Shown here piece after piece: positions 8,215 to 17,791 of a DNA stretch of 55,690 bases. This stretch comes from Opitutia bacterium UBA7350. GTDB taxonomy: Bacteria; Verrucomicrobiota; Verrucomicrobiia; Opitutales; Coraliomargaritaceae. The stretch spans positions 1 to 55,690 of the forward strand of contig DKOX01000062.1 of the NCBI GenBank assembly GCA_002470925.1, written 5' to 3'. Numbering within the stretch: the first letter of the stretch is position 1; each line of letters opens with the position of its first letter. Under the pieces are notes generated by a model. The model did no database searches, was not told where the DNA came from, and saw only the letters and a program-made list of their open reading frames with translations. Both the position numbers and the translations under genes were made by a program.

Positions 8215-9372
8215 ATGAATTCGCAAGCAAAAGAGCCCAACCCCCTTGGTCTATACGTTCATGTCCCTTTTTGTGCCTCCACCTGCGACTTTTGTGCCTT
8301 TTATCAGGAAAAACCCCGGCGGGGTGATCTCGACCGTTACCTCGCTGCGATGGAGCTTGAGTTCGCAGGGCTCCCGCAGGACCGGATTGTAGCGACGGTC
8401 TTTTGGGGTGGGGGGACGCCGGGCTTGCTTGCCGCCAAAGACCTTGAGCGACTTGGTAAGGCGCAACTCCAGCACCTCGGGGATGCGCCTGCTGAATGGA
8501 CCATTGAAATGGCACCCTCCACCGTGAAGCCCGACAAACTTGCGGTCCTTCGCGATCTGGGGGTCACCCGCATTTCGATGGGCGTTCAAAGCTTTGATGC
8601 CAACCTCCTTGACTCGCTGGGTCGCCTCCACCAACCCAAGCAAATCTATCAAGCCTGGGAGCGCATTCAGGCGGCGGGCTTTGCGCACACGAACCTCGAT
8701 CTTATTTTTGCAATTCCCAATCAAACCCAGGCACAATGGGAATCGGATTTGCGCGAAGCCGCGCGTCTTGGCCCCGATCATATTTCCACCTATTGCCTGA
8801 CTTTCGAGGAAGACACCGCGCTCTATGTAAAGCTTTCGCAAGGTAAAGTTCGCGTTGACGACGAGCGCGACGCGCAGTTCTACGAACGCGGATGGGACTT
8901 GCTCGCGGAACTCGGCTACGCGCAATACGAGATTTCAAACTTCTCAAAACCCGGCGGGGAATGCCGTCACAATCTCAACACCTGGCGCATGCATGAATGG
9001 ATCGGCTGTGGCCCCGCTGCTGCCAGTCAATACGCTGGGCAGCGCTATCAACGCCCTGCCAATCTCGATCAATGGCTCGCCGGGATGGAGTCGGGAATGC
9101 CGCCTCTGGAGGACGAAGTGGTTTTGGACGATCGCCTCCTTTTGACGGATGCGGTGGTGTTTGGACTGCGGATGAATGCCGGCATCGACCTCGGCGAACT
9201 CAAGCATCGTTTTCCCGCTGCGGGGGATCTCGGTTCGCTGCGTGCACAATTGGAAAAATACCTCGATGAAGGCCTTTTGAATGCCGTGGGCCACCAGGGG
9301 TACCGCCTCACGCAACGCGGACGCCTCCTCGTGGACGCGATCGGCAGCGATATTTTGCAGCAAACCAGTTAG
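8215..9372 (+). CDS. hemW: Radical SAM HemN-family protein, HemW-like heme chaperone
   Basis: From the ATG at 8215 the protein starts MNSQAKEPNPLGLYVHVPFCASTCDFCAFY (CxxxCxxC radical SAM motif). At about 385 aa it fits HemW length. The track start at 8149 would overlap the divergent lipoprotein gene. Confidence 0.85.
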   Translation: MNSQAKEPNPLGLYVHVPFCASTCDFCAFYQEKPRRGDLDRYLAAMELEFAGLPQDRIVATVFWGGGTPGLLAAKDLERLGKAQLQHLGDAPAEWTIEMAPSTVKPDKLAVLRDLGVTRISMGVQSFDANLLDSLGRLHQPKQIYQAWERIQAAGFAHTNLDLIFAIPNQTQAQWESDLREAARLGPDHISTYCLTFEEDTALYVKLSQGKVRVDDERDAQFYERGWDLLAELGYAQYEISNFSKPGGECRHNLNTWRMHEWIGCGPAAASQYAGQRYQRPANLDQWLAGMESGMPPLEDEVVLDDRLLLTDAVVFGLRMNAGIDLGELKHRFPAAGDLGSLRAQLEKYLDEGLLNAVGHQGYRLTQRGRLLVDAIGSDILQQTS

Positions 9373-9416
9373 GTTTTTTGTAAGGAATGCAGCGTCACGG
9401 CGAATCCTTTAGTGTT

Positions 9417-9959
9417 ATGCGATACATTATTACATTGTTTTTTAGCCACCTTTTGGTGCTCACTTCGGGGTTCGCAGTGGTTGATGTTTACGTTGAGACC
9501 CTCAATTTTGCTTCGCCGTATTATAAATTCTATTCCGATTCCAACAAAACCATAGAGTATGACTTCTTTGGCGGTACTGATACATTGAACGTCAATCAAA
9601 GTTATCGGTTCTTTCGTGAAAACACTGCGACTGGACACCCTTTTTTCATCAGTGATGATCAAGTCAATGCCTCGAGTTTAAACAGCGGTAAGGGACCCAG
9701 TAGTGATATCAGTCTCACCGGTAATGGAAGCTACACCAGCGGAATCGGAGCCAACCAGGAATTGACCCTCAGTTTCAACAGCGGTTTTGACGTGGGCAGT
9801 GACAAGCTTTACTACTATTGCACCGCTCATCCGTCGATGGTGGGACAATTTGCGGTGGTTCCGGAATCGGCTACCTACGCGCTGCTTGTTGGTGGTTTGG
9901 CTTTAGTGGTTGCGATCGGTCGCCGGCGCAGAAAGAGCAGGCAGGGATTTCTTGCGTGA
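9417..9959 (+). CDS. Secreted cupredoxin-like (amicyanin/plastocyanin-type motif) protein with a PEP-CTERM sorting signal
   Basis: Signal peptide MRYIITLFFSHLLVLTSGFA. TGHPFFIS followed by YYYCTAHPSMVGQFAVV resembles the type-1 Cu ligand set (amicyanin has CTPHPFM). The C-terminus VPES-ATYALLVGGLALVVAIG-RRRRK has PEP-CTERM architecture. Confidence 0.7.
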   Translation: MRYIITLFFSHLLVLTSGFAVVDVYVETLNFASPYYKFYSDSNKTIEYDFFGGTDTLNVNQSYRFFRENTATGHPFFISDDQVNASSLNSGKGPSSDISLTGNGSYTSGIGANQELTLSFNSGFDVGSDKLYYYCTAHPSMVGQFAVVPESATYALLVGGLALVVAIGRRRRKSRQGFLA

Positions 9960-9999
9960 TTAAAGGTCCGCATCGTTGGGCCTACTTGCACCTATTTCA

Positions 10000-11451
10000 T
10001 CATTCGTAGCGGCGGCGGAGGTTGGTGGCGAGGATGCCGAGGGCTTCGCGGTATTTCGCGACGGTGCGGCGGGCGATTTTGATGTCTTTTTCCTGCAACA
10101 AATTAACAATGGCCTGATCGCTGAGGGGTTTGGCGGGGTCCTCGTCCTCGATCAACTGGGCGATCATATCCTGCACGGATTTGTTGGAGACCGCGTCTCC
10201 GGTGGCGGATTTGTAGCCGGTGGTGAAGAAGTATTTGAACGGGAAGGTGCCGTGGGGGGTGCGGATGTATTTGTTGGCGGTGGCGCGGCTGATGGTGGTC
10301 TCGTGGACCCCGACAACCTGTGCGACGGTGTTCATGGTGAGGGGTCGGAGTTTTGCGACACCCTCTTCGAAAAATTCGCGCTGATGGATGAGGAGTTCGC
10401 GGGTGATGCGCTCAATGGTTTGTTGGCGTTGCTCAATGGAATTAATTAGAAACTTCCCGGAGCGGAGACGTTCTAGGAGGAATTCCTTTTCAGATTTACT
10501 GAGGGTGGTTTTGGCGAGCATCGCCTTGTAGGTGCTGTTGATGCGGAGCTTGGGGATATAATCGTTGTGGAGGTGCACCTGCCATTGATCGTATTCATCC
10601 AGGAATACAGTGACATCGGGGTCGACGACGGTATTGCTGTCGGGGGCGAAGCGTTTGCCGGGGGCGGGGTCAAGCCGTCCGATTTGGGCGATGGCATCCT
10701 GGATTTCATCAGCTTTGGCACCGGTAAGGCGGGCGAGCTCGGGGATGCGGCGCCGCACGAGGAGATTGAAGTGTTCGCGAAGGATGCGGCGGGGGAGGCT
10801 TGCTTCGTCGTGGTCGAGGCGGGTGAGTTGGGTATCGAGGCAATCCCGAAGATCGGCGGTTCCGATTCCGGCGGGGTCAAAGGTTTTGAGGCGTTCGGAG
10901 GCCGCCTGCATGAGCCTCAGGGGGAGTCGTGACTGGAGGGCGCAGTTGGAAAGGCTTTCGGTTAGGAAACCATGATCGTCAAGGCTCCCGATCAGGTAAA
11001 GGAGGGCTTCGCGCTCGCTTTCGGTGCAGTTAGTGAGTTCTGCTTGTTCAATAAGGTGCTGTTGAAGGGAGGTGCCTAGCACGAGGGAATTGAGAAAATG
11101 CTCGCGACGCGCCTCGTCTTCGCTGCTGTAGTTCTGGCCGCTGTTTTCTTCGGCAAATTGTTGACGGATGTCTTCGTTGAGACGATCGAGAGTCGAGAAA
11201 TCCTCGGCGTCGAAGTTGAGTTCGTCGATTTCGCCGGTACGGTCCTCGTCTTTGTCATGGCTCAGGTCCTCAACGCTAATGCTGTCGAGGGGTAGTTCCT
11301 CCAGCAGGGGATTGTTTTGAAGCTCTTCGAGGATAGAGGTGCGTAATTCTGTCGCGGGTGCCTGCAGGATTTTCAGGGAATTGCGCAACTGTGGCGCAAG
11401 AACCTGTGATTGTGTCTGTTTTTGGCTTTGTCGGAATTCCTGTGCGCACAT
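10000..11451 (-). CDS. rpoN: RNA polymerase sigma-54 factor
   Basis: 483 aa. The N-terminal region I is Gln-rich ([23 protein letters not shown]). The C-terminal HTH and RpoN box ([14 protein letters not shown]) are present. Confidence 0.95.
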   Translation of the reverse strand: MCAQEFRQSQKQTQSQVLAPQLRNSLKILQAPATELRTSILEELQNNPLLEELPLDSISVEDLSHDKDEDRTGEIDELNFDAEDFSTLDRLNEDIRQQFAEENSGQNYSSEDEARREHFLNSLVLGTSLQQHLIEQAELTNCTESEREALLYLIGSLDDHGFLTESLSNCALQSRLPLRLMQAASERLKTFDPAGIGTADLRDCLDTQLTRLDHDEASLPRRILREHFNLLVRRRIPELARLTGAKADEIQDAIAQIGRLDPAPGKRFAPDSNTVVDPDVTVFLDEYDQWQVHLHNDYIPKLRINSTYKAMLAKTTLSKSEKEFLLERLRSGKFLINSIEQRQQTIERITRELLIHQREFFEEGVAKLRPLTMNTVAQVVGVHETTISRATANKYIRTPHGTFPFKYFFTTGYKSATGDAVSNKSVQDMIAQLIEDEDPAKPLSDQAIVNLLQEKDIKIARRTVAKYREALGILATNLRRRYE

Positions 11452-11574
11452 GATAATTGAGGTATAAAAACAATTTTTTATAAAAAAAACAAGCGGATTT
11501 GCGATTCTAGCACGAAAATTGCTATTACGTTTGAGTAAGTTGACTTTTTGTTAGTACTGCACTTGTATTTTGTG

Positions 11575-11892
11575 ATGTTGACTTTAACCGAAGCAGCGGC
11601 GGCTCAGATTGAGCGTCTCCAATTAAAGCAAGCGGATGCAACGCACCGTTTACGTATTTTTGTGGATGCGGGCGGCTGTTCGGGTTTTGAGTATGGGATG
11701 TCCTTTGATTCTGAGAAGGAGGGGGATCATGAGTTTGAAGACAAAGGAGTCTCGTTTTTTATGGATGCCGCCAGCTTGGAATATATGAAGGGTAGTGTGG
11801 TGGATTTTGATGACAGTTTACACGGCAAGGGTTTTCAGATAAAGAATCCGAACGCAACAAACACCTGCGGTTGCGGTCGTTCTTTCAATTAG
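11575..11892 (+). CDS. A-type iron-sulfur cluster carrier (ErpA/IscA/HesB family)
   Basis: MLTLTEAAAAQI...GGCSGFEYGM...NPNATNTCGCGRSF shows the three conserved Cys. The ATG at 11575 is preferred over the TTG at 11548. Confidence 0.88.
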   Translation: MLTLTEAAAAQIERLQLKQADATHRLRIFVDAGGCSGFEYGMSFDSEKEGDHEFEDKGVSFFMDAASLEYMKGSVVDFDDSLHGKGFQIKNPNATNTCGCGRSFN

Positions 11893-11921
11893 GTGAGCAA
11901 CGGCGTTTGCTGAATCGCGGT

Positions 11922-11942
11922 GGAAAACATTTTATGTTTTCC
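11922..11942 (+). other. Perfect 9-bp stem / 3-nt loop hairpin between the Fe-S carrier and fumarase genes
   Basis: GGAAAACAT-TTT-ATGTTTTCC. It is preceded by a smaller AGCAA/TTGCT hairpin at 11896-11911. No T-run follows it. Confidence 0.5.
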
Positions 11943-11973
11943 AAGCAGAGCCTTCTCGGTTAAATGTTCAAGT

Positions 11974-13656
11974 ATGTCGTTAAATCCTCCACCGTTTCAC
12001 TACGAGAATCCATTTCCGCTTGGGGATGATGACACGGATTACACTTTGTTGACGGATGCTTTTGTGGAAGCGGGAGCCTTTGAAGGTCGCAGAATATTAA
12101 AGGTAGAGCCGGCGGGTTTGAGCTATCTTGCCGAGACGGCGATGCGTGAAATCGCTTTCAAATTGCGAAGGGCGCATTTGGAGCAAGTGGCCGCGATTCT
12201 GGAAGATCCCGAGGCGACTGAAAATGACCGGACGATTGCCTTGACGCTTCTGCGTAATGCGGAGGTTTCGGCCCATGGGGTTTTGCCGTTTTGCCAAGAC
12301 ACCGGGACGGCGATTATACTGGGGAAGAAGGGACAGGGCGTCTGGACCGGTGGGGGTGATGCCGCCGCGCTGGCGGAAGGGGTCTACAATACCTACACCA
12401 GGGAGAATTTGCGATACTCGCAAACCGCGCCCCTAAGTATGTATGAAGAGGTGAACACCGGGAGCAATCTGCCGGCGCAGATTGATCTGCTCGCAACCGA
12501 CGGAGAAGTGTATGAGTTTTTGTTTGTGGCAAAAGGCGGGGGTTCGGCGAACAAGAGTTTTCTGTTTCAGGAAACGAAGGCGCTCTTGAATCCGGCAAAT
12601 TTGGAGAAGTTTTGTATTGAAAAAATGGGCACGCTCGGGACCTCCGCTTGCCCGCCATATCACATCGTGATTGTAATCGGCGGCACTTCGGCGGAGGCGA
12701 CGATGAAGACTGTAAAATTGGCTTCGACAAAATATTACGATTCGTTGCCAACGAGCGGGAACAAACATGGGCGGGCGTTCCGCGATAAGGCGCTCGAATC
12801 TAAGCTTTTGGACTACACGCGGGAGATGGGTTACGGTGCGCAGTTTGGCGGAAAATACTTCGCGCTGGATATTCGGGTGATTCGGTTGCCGCGCCACGGG
12901 GCGTCTTGTCCGGTGGGACTGGGGGTCTCGTGCTCGGCAGATCGCAACGTGCGAGCCCGGATTGATAAGGACGGTATTTGGTTGGAGACTTTGGAATCTA
13001 ATCCCGGGCGTTTTCTGCCGGCGGAGGGTGAGATTGCGAAACCAAAGGATCCGGTGGCAGTGGACCTCAATCGACCGATGCGGGCGATTTTGGAGGAATT
13101 GAGCCAATACCCGGTGGCGACGCCCTTGTCATTGACGGGAACGATTGTGGTGGCGCGTGACATGGCGCACGCAAAATTAAAGGAGCGGCTGGATCGCGGG
13201 GAGGGACTGCCGGAATATTTCAAGAATCACCCGGTTTATTATGCCGGACCGGCAAAGACGCCTGAAGGGAAGCCCTCGGGTTCATTTGGTCCGACCACAG
13301 CGGGTCGGATGGATGCCTACGTTGAGCCCTTTCAGGCGGCAGGGGGTTCGATGATAATGTTGGCGAAGGGGAACCGTTCCGCTGCGGTAACGGATGCGTG
13401 TAAAGCACACGGTGGATTTTACTTGGGTTCAATTGGAGGTCCGGCGGCGCTCTTGGCAGAGCATAACATTAAGAAGATCGAAGTGCTGGAGTATGAGGAG
13501 CTTGGAATGGAGGCAATTTGGAAGATCGAAGTGGAGGACTTTCCAGCTTATATACTGATGGATGATAAGGGGAATGATTTCTTCTCTGGGGTACGTGAGG
13601 CTTGCGACAAGTGCGCGATGAAGGCTTTTGAAGCAGCAAAAGCGAGCAGTGCATAG
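11974..13656 (+). CDS. Class I (Fe-S dependent) fumarate hydratase, fused alpha/beta type
   Basis: The protein carries [15 protein letters not shown] and the C-terminal beta-domain ([12 protein letters not shown]). The ATG at 11974 ([15 protein letters not shown]) is preferred over the non-ATG track start at 11920. Confidence 0.9.
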   Translation: MSLNPPPFHYENPFPLGDDDTDYTLLTDAFVEAGAFEGRRILKVEPAGLSYLAETAMREIAFKLRRAHLEQVAAILEDPEATENDRTIALTLLRNAEVSAHGVLPFCQDTGTAIILGKKGQGVWTGGGDAAALAEGVYNTYTRENLRYSQTAPLSMYEEVNTGSNLPAQIDLLATDGEVYEFLFVAKGGGSANKSFLFQETKALLNPANLEKFCIEKMGTLGTSACPPYHIVIVIGGTSAEATMKTVKLASTKYYDSLPTSGNKHGRAFRDKALESKLLDYTREMGYGAQFGGKYFALDIRVIRLPRHGASCPVGLGVSCSADRNVRARIDKDGIWLETLESNPGRFLPAEGEIAKPKDPVAVDLNRPMRAILEELSQYPVATPLSLTGTIVVARDMAHAKLKERLDRGEGLPEYFKNHPVYYAGPAKTPEGKPSGSFGPTTAGRMDAYVEPFQAAGGSMIMLAKGNRSAAVTDACKAHGGFYLGSIGGPAALLAEHNIKKIEVLEYEELGMEAIWKIEVEDFPAYILMDDKGNDFFSGVREACDKCAMKAFEAAKASSA

Positions 13657-13672
13657 ATGAATATTGATAGGT

Positions 13673-14164
13673 ATGTCCGAAAACCGATATCTTTTAATCG
13701 ATGCGTATAATGTCATCCACGCCACCGGCTCGCTGCGCAAATTGATGTCGGGACAATTGGATTTGGCGCGCGATCAATTGGCGGAAATGGTGCGTTCGAT
13801 TCATGATGCGGAGGCGATCCGGGTGGCCTTGATTCTGGATAGCCGGAAGGAAAGCCTGGAGGTGGAACATCCTTATGAGGTACGGAGTTTTGAATATCTC
13901 TACGCACCGGCGGCGTTGACGGCGGACGGTGTGATTGAGCGCATTGTTAAACGGGTCCGTGATCCGTCGAGCGTAAGCGTGGTAAGCAATGACAATATGG
14001 TACGGGAAGCAACGCGGGCGAGTGGGGCGATGGCCTTGCGACCGGAAGAACTTTTTAGTTGGGCGCAAGCTTGTGAAGAGCGACTGCAGCAGGACACTCG
14101 CCGTCACAACAAGAAGAACCAGCAAGTTTTTAGGAATGGCTTGGATATAAATTTACAACTTTGA
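13673..14164 (+). CDS. YacP/Rae1-like NYN-domain ribonuclease
   Basis: RYLLIDAYNVIH..LILD..LTADGVIERI..VVSND parallels B. subtilis YacP (LLVDGYNMIG..VFD..ETADERIEKL..VATSD). Confidence 0.8.
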   Translation: MSENRYLLIDAYNVIHATGSLRKLMSGQLDLARDQLAEMVRSIHDAEAIRVALILDSRKESLEVEHPYEVRSFEYLYAPAALTADGVIERIVKRVRDPSSVSVVSNDNMVREATRASGAMALRPEELFSWAQACEERLQQDTRRHNKKNQQVFRNGLDINLQL

Positions 14165-14176
14165 ATTCAATATAAA

Positions 14177-15400
14177 ATGAACGAGGTCAGACAAGTAGAG
14201 GAGCTGCATGGATTATACGGCGCTTTTACGATGTCGGAGCGGGTTTTGCAGCAGATTTGGTTGAGGCGGGATTTCGAATGTTTGGATCTCAGGACTGCTT
14301 CGGGTAAGACCCTGGAGATATTAGATCCCGGAAGCTGGAATCATGGAGGTGGCCCGGATTTTCTAAATGCGGTTTTGCGTATTGCGGGCGAATTGCGAAC
14401 CGGGGATGTGGAGATTCATTTTTATGAGTCGGATTGGCAGGCTCATGGGCACGATCGAAATGCGAACTTTAACAAAGTCATGCTACATGTGGTTTTGTTT
14501 GAACCGAGGTCATTGGATCGCGACATCAGGCTTGTTAAAACAGATGCAGGTCAGGGTTTGGAGACTTTTTATTTAATGCCCAAGTTGCACTGCGATTTGG
14601 AGTCGTATGTTGAAGCGGCAGCCTTGCGTGAAATGGGGAGGGTCGATCATTTGGAATGGGTGAACGCTTTTATGGCTTTGGATGCGGCAACGCGTCGGGC
14701 TATCTTGGAGCGGGCGGGACAACAGCGTTGGAAACAGAAGCTTGGTTATGCCAAGCAACGTTTGGAGTCGGCTGGATGGCACAAGGCTTGTCATGGCTAT
14801 CTGCTGGAGGTGTTGGGCTATGCGCGTAACCGTTTGCCGATGGCGCGCATCGCGGAGCGTTACCCACTGGAATTGTGGGAATCAGGCGCGGTTGAGGTCG
14901 AGACGGCGCATCTATCGGAGTGCGAACATTGGGCGCGGGGTGGCCAACGACCCGCAAACAATCCCCTGCGTCGTCTGCAGGATTATATGCGTCTGGCGCA
15001 AAGAGGGCCGGATTGGCCCGGCAAATTGCGGGCTGCATTACAAGGTTTGCCCGCGGCGACAGCGGACGTATCCACCGCGGCATTTCGACGGCGGGTCGGC
15101 ATGTCCATTTTGCAAGAGGAATTCCACCGCAATCAACTAGCTAAGGTTGCAGGGCTCACGCGTTGTAATACCGCGATGGTCGACGCTTTTTTGCCGATGG
15201 CTCAGGCGGAGGGTCTGCTGGATTCATTTTGGTATTGGTGGCATTGGCCGGCCGGGGATCGACCGGACCGGCAGTATCAGTTTTTGAAGACCGTAGGTCT
15301 GTGCGACCGAGGTAATCCCTTGTGTAATGGCTGGGTGCAGGGAGTTTTGCAGCTTTTCATTGAAGGCGGGTGGCAGGGTGATTGCATTGACCTGCCCTAA
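14177..15400 (+). CDS. DUF2851 family protein
   Basis: 407 aa. The N-terminal block ERVLQQIW..GGPDFLNAVLRIAGELRTGDVEIHFYESDWQAHGHDRNANFNKVMLHVVLF matches the DUF2851 signature as I recall it. Confidence 0.75.
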   Translation: MNEVRQVEELHGLYGAFTMSERVLQQIWLRRDFECLDLRTASGKTLEILDPGSWNHGGGPDFLNAVLRIAGELRTGDVEIHFYESDWQAHGHDRNANFNKVMLHVVLFEPRSLDRDIRLVKTDAGQGLETFYLMPKLHCDLESYVEAAALREMGRVDHLEWVNAFMALDAATRRAILERAGQQRWKQKLGYAKQRLESAGWHKACHGYLLEVLGYARNRLPMARIAERYPLELWESGAVEVETAHLSECEHWARGGQRPANNPLRRLQDYMRLAQRGPDWPGKLRAALQGLPAATADVSTAAFRRRVGMSILQEEFHRNQLAKVAGLTRCNTAMVDAFLPMAQAEGLLDSFWYWWHWPAGDRPDRQYQFLKTVGLCDRGNPLCNGWVQGVLQLFIEGGWQGDCIDLP

Positions 15401-15423
15401 GTTTTCGCTATGGAATAGTCGCG

Positions 15424-16044
15424 ATGGCGGGCTTTGATGAAAATATAGTGCGCGAGTATTTTGAGGTGAATGGATTTTTTGTCCGGCAGCTTCGCAAATA
15501 CTCGGTGCAATCGCGCAAGAAGCGGGCGGATGAAGAAATTGATATGGTTGTCTTTAATCCGGCGGTGGCAGGTCATGCCGGGGAGAGTTTGAGCTTTCAG
15601 CTTTTTTCGGGAGACGTCGCGCGGATTCGTCGAGCAGTGGTGGTGGTAAAGGGATGGCATACCTCGCGTTTCACCCCGGCAATGTTGCGCAGCAGCAGCA
15701 AGATTTTTGATTTCCTTAAAAAGGATGTCCTCAACAAAGCGGAGTCTTATTTTAGTTTTGAGGAACCCGGAATTGATGCGGCGGTGGCGGCGGAGGCGGC
15801 TTCTTTTTCCAAAATTTTGGTTTTACCGGGACTCCCGACTGCAGATCCACAACGTAGTGAAAGTATCGAACTCCTCAAGGAGCGGGGGATCGATGGTATT
15901 ATCGCCTTCAGTACGATTCTCGAAAATCTCTTGCGTCATGTGGAAGTAAACCACAGTTACCGGAAGTCGGATTTATTGCAATTGCTGCGAATTCTGAAGC
16001 TCTACGATATGGTGAAAACGCCACAGATGACCCTCTTTAACTAA
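15424..16044 (+). CDS. Hypothetical protein (possible PD-(D/E)xK-like N-terminal domain)
   Basis: 206 aa. The N-terminal pattern E(11)..EEIDMVVF..AVVVVKGW resembles a restriction-endonuclease-like core. I recognise no family. Confidence 0.65.
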   Translation: MAGFDENIVREYFEVNGFFVRQLRKYSVQSRKKRADEEIDMVVFNPAVAGHAGESLSFQLFSGDVARIRRAVVVVKGWHTSRFTPAMLRSSSKIFDFLKKDVLNKAESYFSFEEPGIDAAVAAEAASFSKILVLPGLPTADPQRSESIELLKERGIDGIIAFSTILENLLRHVEVNHSYRKSDLLQLLRILKLYDMVKTPQMTLFN

Positions 16045-16054
16045 GACTTAAAAG

Positions 16055-16849
16055 ATGAAAATACATTCTACCGCAGTTGTCGATGAGCGGGCTGTGCTGG
16101 GAACCGGCTGCAGCGTTGGGCCCTATGCCATCATTGAAGGAGGCGTTCAACTCGGGGAAGGATGTGAAATCGCTTCGCACGTGGTGCTGCGCGCGGGCAC
16201 GCGTCTTGGGGATGGCGTGCGGGTCGATTCGTTCTCGGTATTGGGTGGCGAGCCGCAATCGATAGGATTCGATTCTTCGATTGAGAGCGGGGTGCATGTG
16301 GGTGACCGGGTGGTTTTTCGCGAAGGGTGCACGGTACACCGATCGATGTATGCGGGGAAAGCGACCACGATTGGCAATGATTGTTTTTTAATGGCGCAGG
16401 CGCACGTCGCACACGACTGTGAATTGGGCGCGGGGGTAATTGCGGCCAATGCGGTTTTGCTTGGTGGGCACGTGCAGGTGGGCGAGCGTTGTTTTTTAGG
16501 TGGTGGAAGTGGGGTGCACCAGTTTTGTCGTATTGGTGCCTACACCATCCTTGCGGGTCATGCCTTAATGACGATTGATGTTCCGCCCGCTTGCATGGCG
16601 GCGGGTCGTAATGCGGTGCATGGTTTGAATTTGGTAGGCCTGCGCCGCGCAAAGATCGGCGCGGAAGAGATTCAGGATTTGAAGGCGTGTTTTCATGCGG
16701 TTTATAAGGGTGGGGGCAATTACAAAGCCAAAGCTAGGGCGGCCTTAGAAGAGGGAAGTTTGGGTTTGTCGCCAATGGGGCAGGCTTTTTTGGGATTTTT
16801 TGAAATGGGAAAACGTGGTTTTGCCAGCCCGCAGAATAATGAGGGATAA
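16055..16849 (+). CDS. lpxA: Acyl-ACP--UDP-N-acetylglucosamine O-acyltransferase
   Basis: MKIHSTAVVDERAVLGTGCSVGPYAIIEGGVQLGEGCEIASHVVL shows left-handed beta-helix hexapeptide repeats, followed by an LpxA C-terminal helical domain. Confidence 0.92.
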   Translation: MKIHSTAVVDERAVLGTGCSVGPYAIIEGGVQLGEGCEIASHVVLRAGTRLGDGVRVDSFSVLGGEPQSIGFDSSIESGVHVGDRVVFREGCTVHRSMYAGKATTIGNDCFLMAQAHVAHDCELGAGVIAANAVLLGGHVQVGERCFLGGGSGVHQFCRIGAYTILAGHALMTIDVPPACMAAGRNAVHGLNLVGLRRAKIGAEEIQDLKACFHAVYKGGGNYKAKARAALEEGSLGLSPMGQAFLGFFEMGKRGFASPQNNEG

Positions 16850-17777
16850 AACAGAAGAGCAGCTTTTGGCCTTAACTTGCGGCGATCCGTCAGGGGTAGG
16901 CCCCGAGGTGATTGCGGGTGCGCTGCATCAAGATAAGAATCAAGGAAAGGGTTGTGTCTTGCTCGGTCCGGAAGCATGGGCGAAGCCTTTGGCCGAGCAT
17001 TTTGGGATCGGCCATGAAACGGTGGGTGCGATCGATTTTGAGATGAGACCGGGCGAACCATCCGAGGCCGCGGCGCGGGTGGCTCTGGCGGCTTTGGAAA
17101 CAGCGGCGGCAGGTTGCGCCGCGGGACGTTTTCGTGCAGTGGTCACCGGACCGGTCAGTAAGCATTGGCTACATAAGGTCGGTTTTGCGCATCCTGGGCA
17201 AACTGAATTCTTTGCCTCCAAATGGGGCGGTGATCCCACGATGGCTTTTGTGGGTCAATCCTTGCGAGTAGTTTTGGCAACTTGGCACATTCCGCTGGCG
17301 CAGGTGCCTGCGGCGCTTACCGCGAAGAGCTTGACGCGTGCGGTTGAGCGGGCGGATGGATTGGCGCGTAGTTTGGGGATTTCGAAACCTCGAATCGGAA
17401 TTTGTGGATTAAACCCTCACGCCGGGGAGGGCGGACTTCTGGGGGATGAAGAGGAGGATATTTTGAATCCCGTTCTGCGTGAGCTGCGGGGGCAGTACCC
17501 CGGTGTATCTGAATGCTTGCCGGGGGACACGGTCTTTAACCGACAAAGGAAGGGCGACTTTGATGTGGTTGTTGCGGCGTACCACGATCAGGGTCTAGCG
17601 GCGGTTAAGACACTCGAGTTTGATACTGCAGTCAATGTCACACTGGGACTGCCGCACTTGCGAACCAGTCCCGACCATGGGACTGCCTATGCGCTCGCAG
17701 GAAAGGGGCGCGCGGATAGCGGTAGTTTTTTTGCGGCACTACAATTAGCGCGCGAGTTGACCGCCCAACCGAGATGA
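16839..17777 (+). CDS. pdxA: 4-hydroxythreonine-4-phosphate dehydrogenase
   Basis: LTCGDPSGVGPEV, GLNPHAGEGG, AAYHDQGL and TSPDHGTA motifs are present. The ATG at 16839 overlaps the end of lpxA by 11 nt. Confidence 0.9.
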   Translation: MRDKTEEQLLALTCGDPSGVGPEVIAGALHQDKNQGKGCVLLGPEAWAKPLAEHFGIGHETVGAIDFEMRPGEPSEAAARVALAALETAAAGCAAGRFRAVVTGPVSKHWLHKVGFAHPGQTEFFASKWGGDPTMAFVGQSLRVVLATWHIPLAQVPAALTAKSLTRAVERADGLARSLGISKPRIGICGLNPHAGEGGLLGDEEEDILNPVLRELRGQYPGVSECLPGDTVFNRQRKGDFDVVVAAYHDQGLAAVKTLEFDTAVNVTLGLPHLRTSPDHGTAYALAGKGRADSGSFFAALQLARELTAQPR

Positions 17778-17791
17778 GTTTATTTTAGATT

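Noticed and set aside
8251-8925. Long antisense ORFs nested inside well-supported genes: 8251..8925, 12433..13107, 2116..2664, 6541..7044, 16131..16652, 41553..42074, 50007..50552, 52498..53088, 9976..10449
   Set aside because: Each lies entirely within, and antisense to, a gene with strong family-level homology. Their translations are Arg/Pro/Ser/Gly-rich with no recognisable motif. Open antisense frames of this kind are expected by chance opposite coding sequence of this composition.
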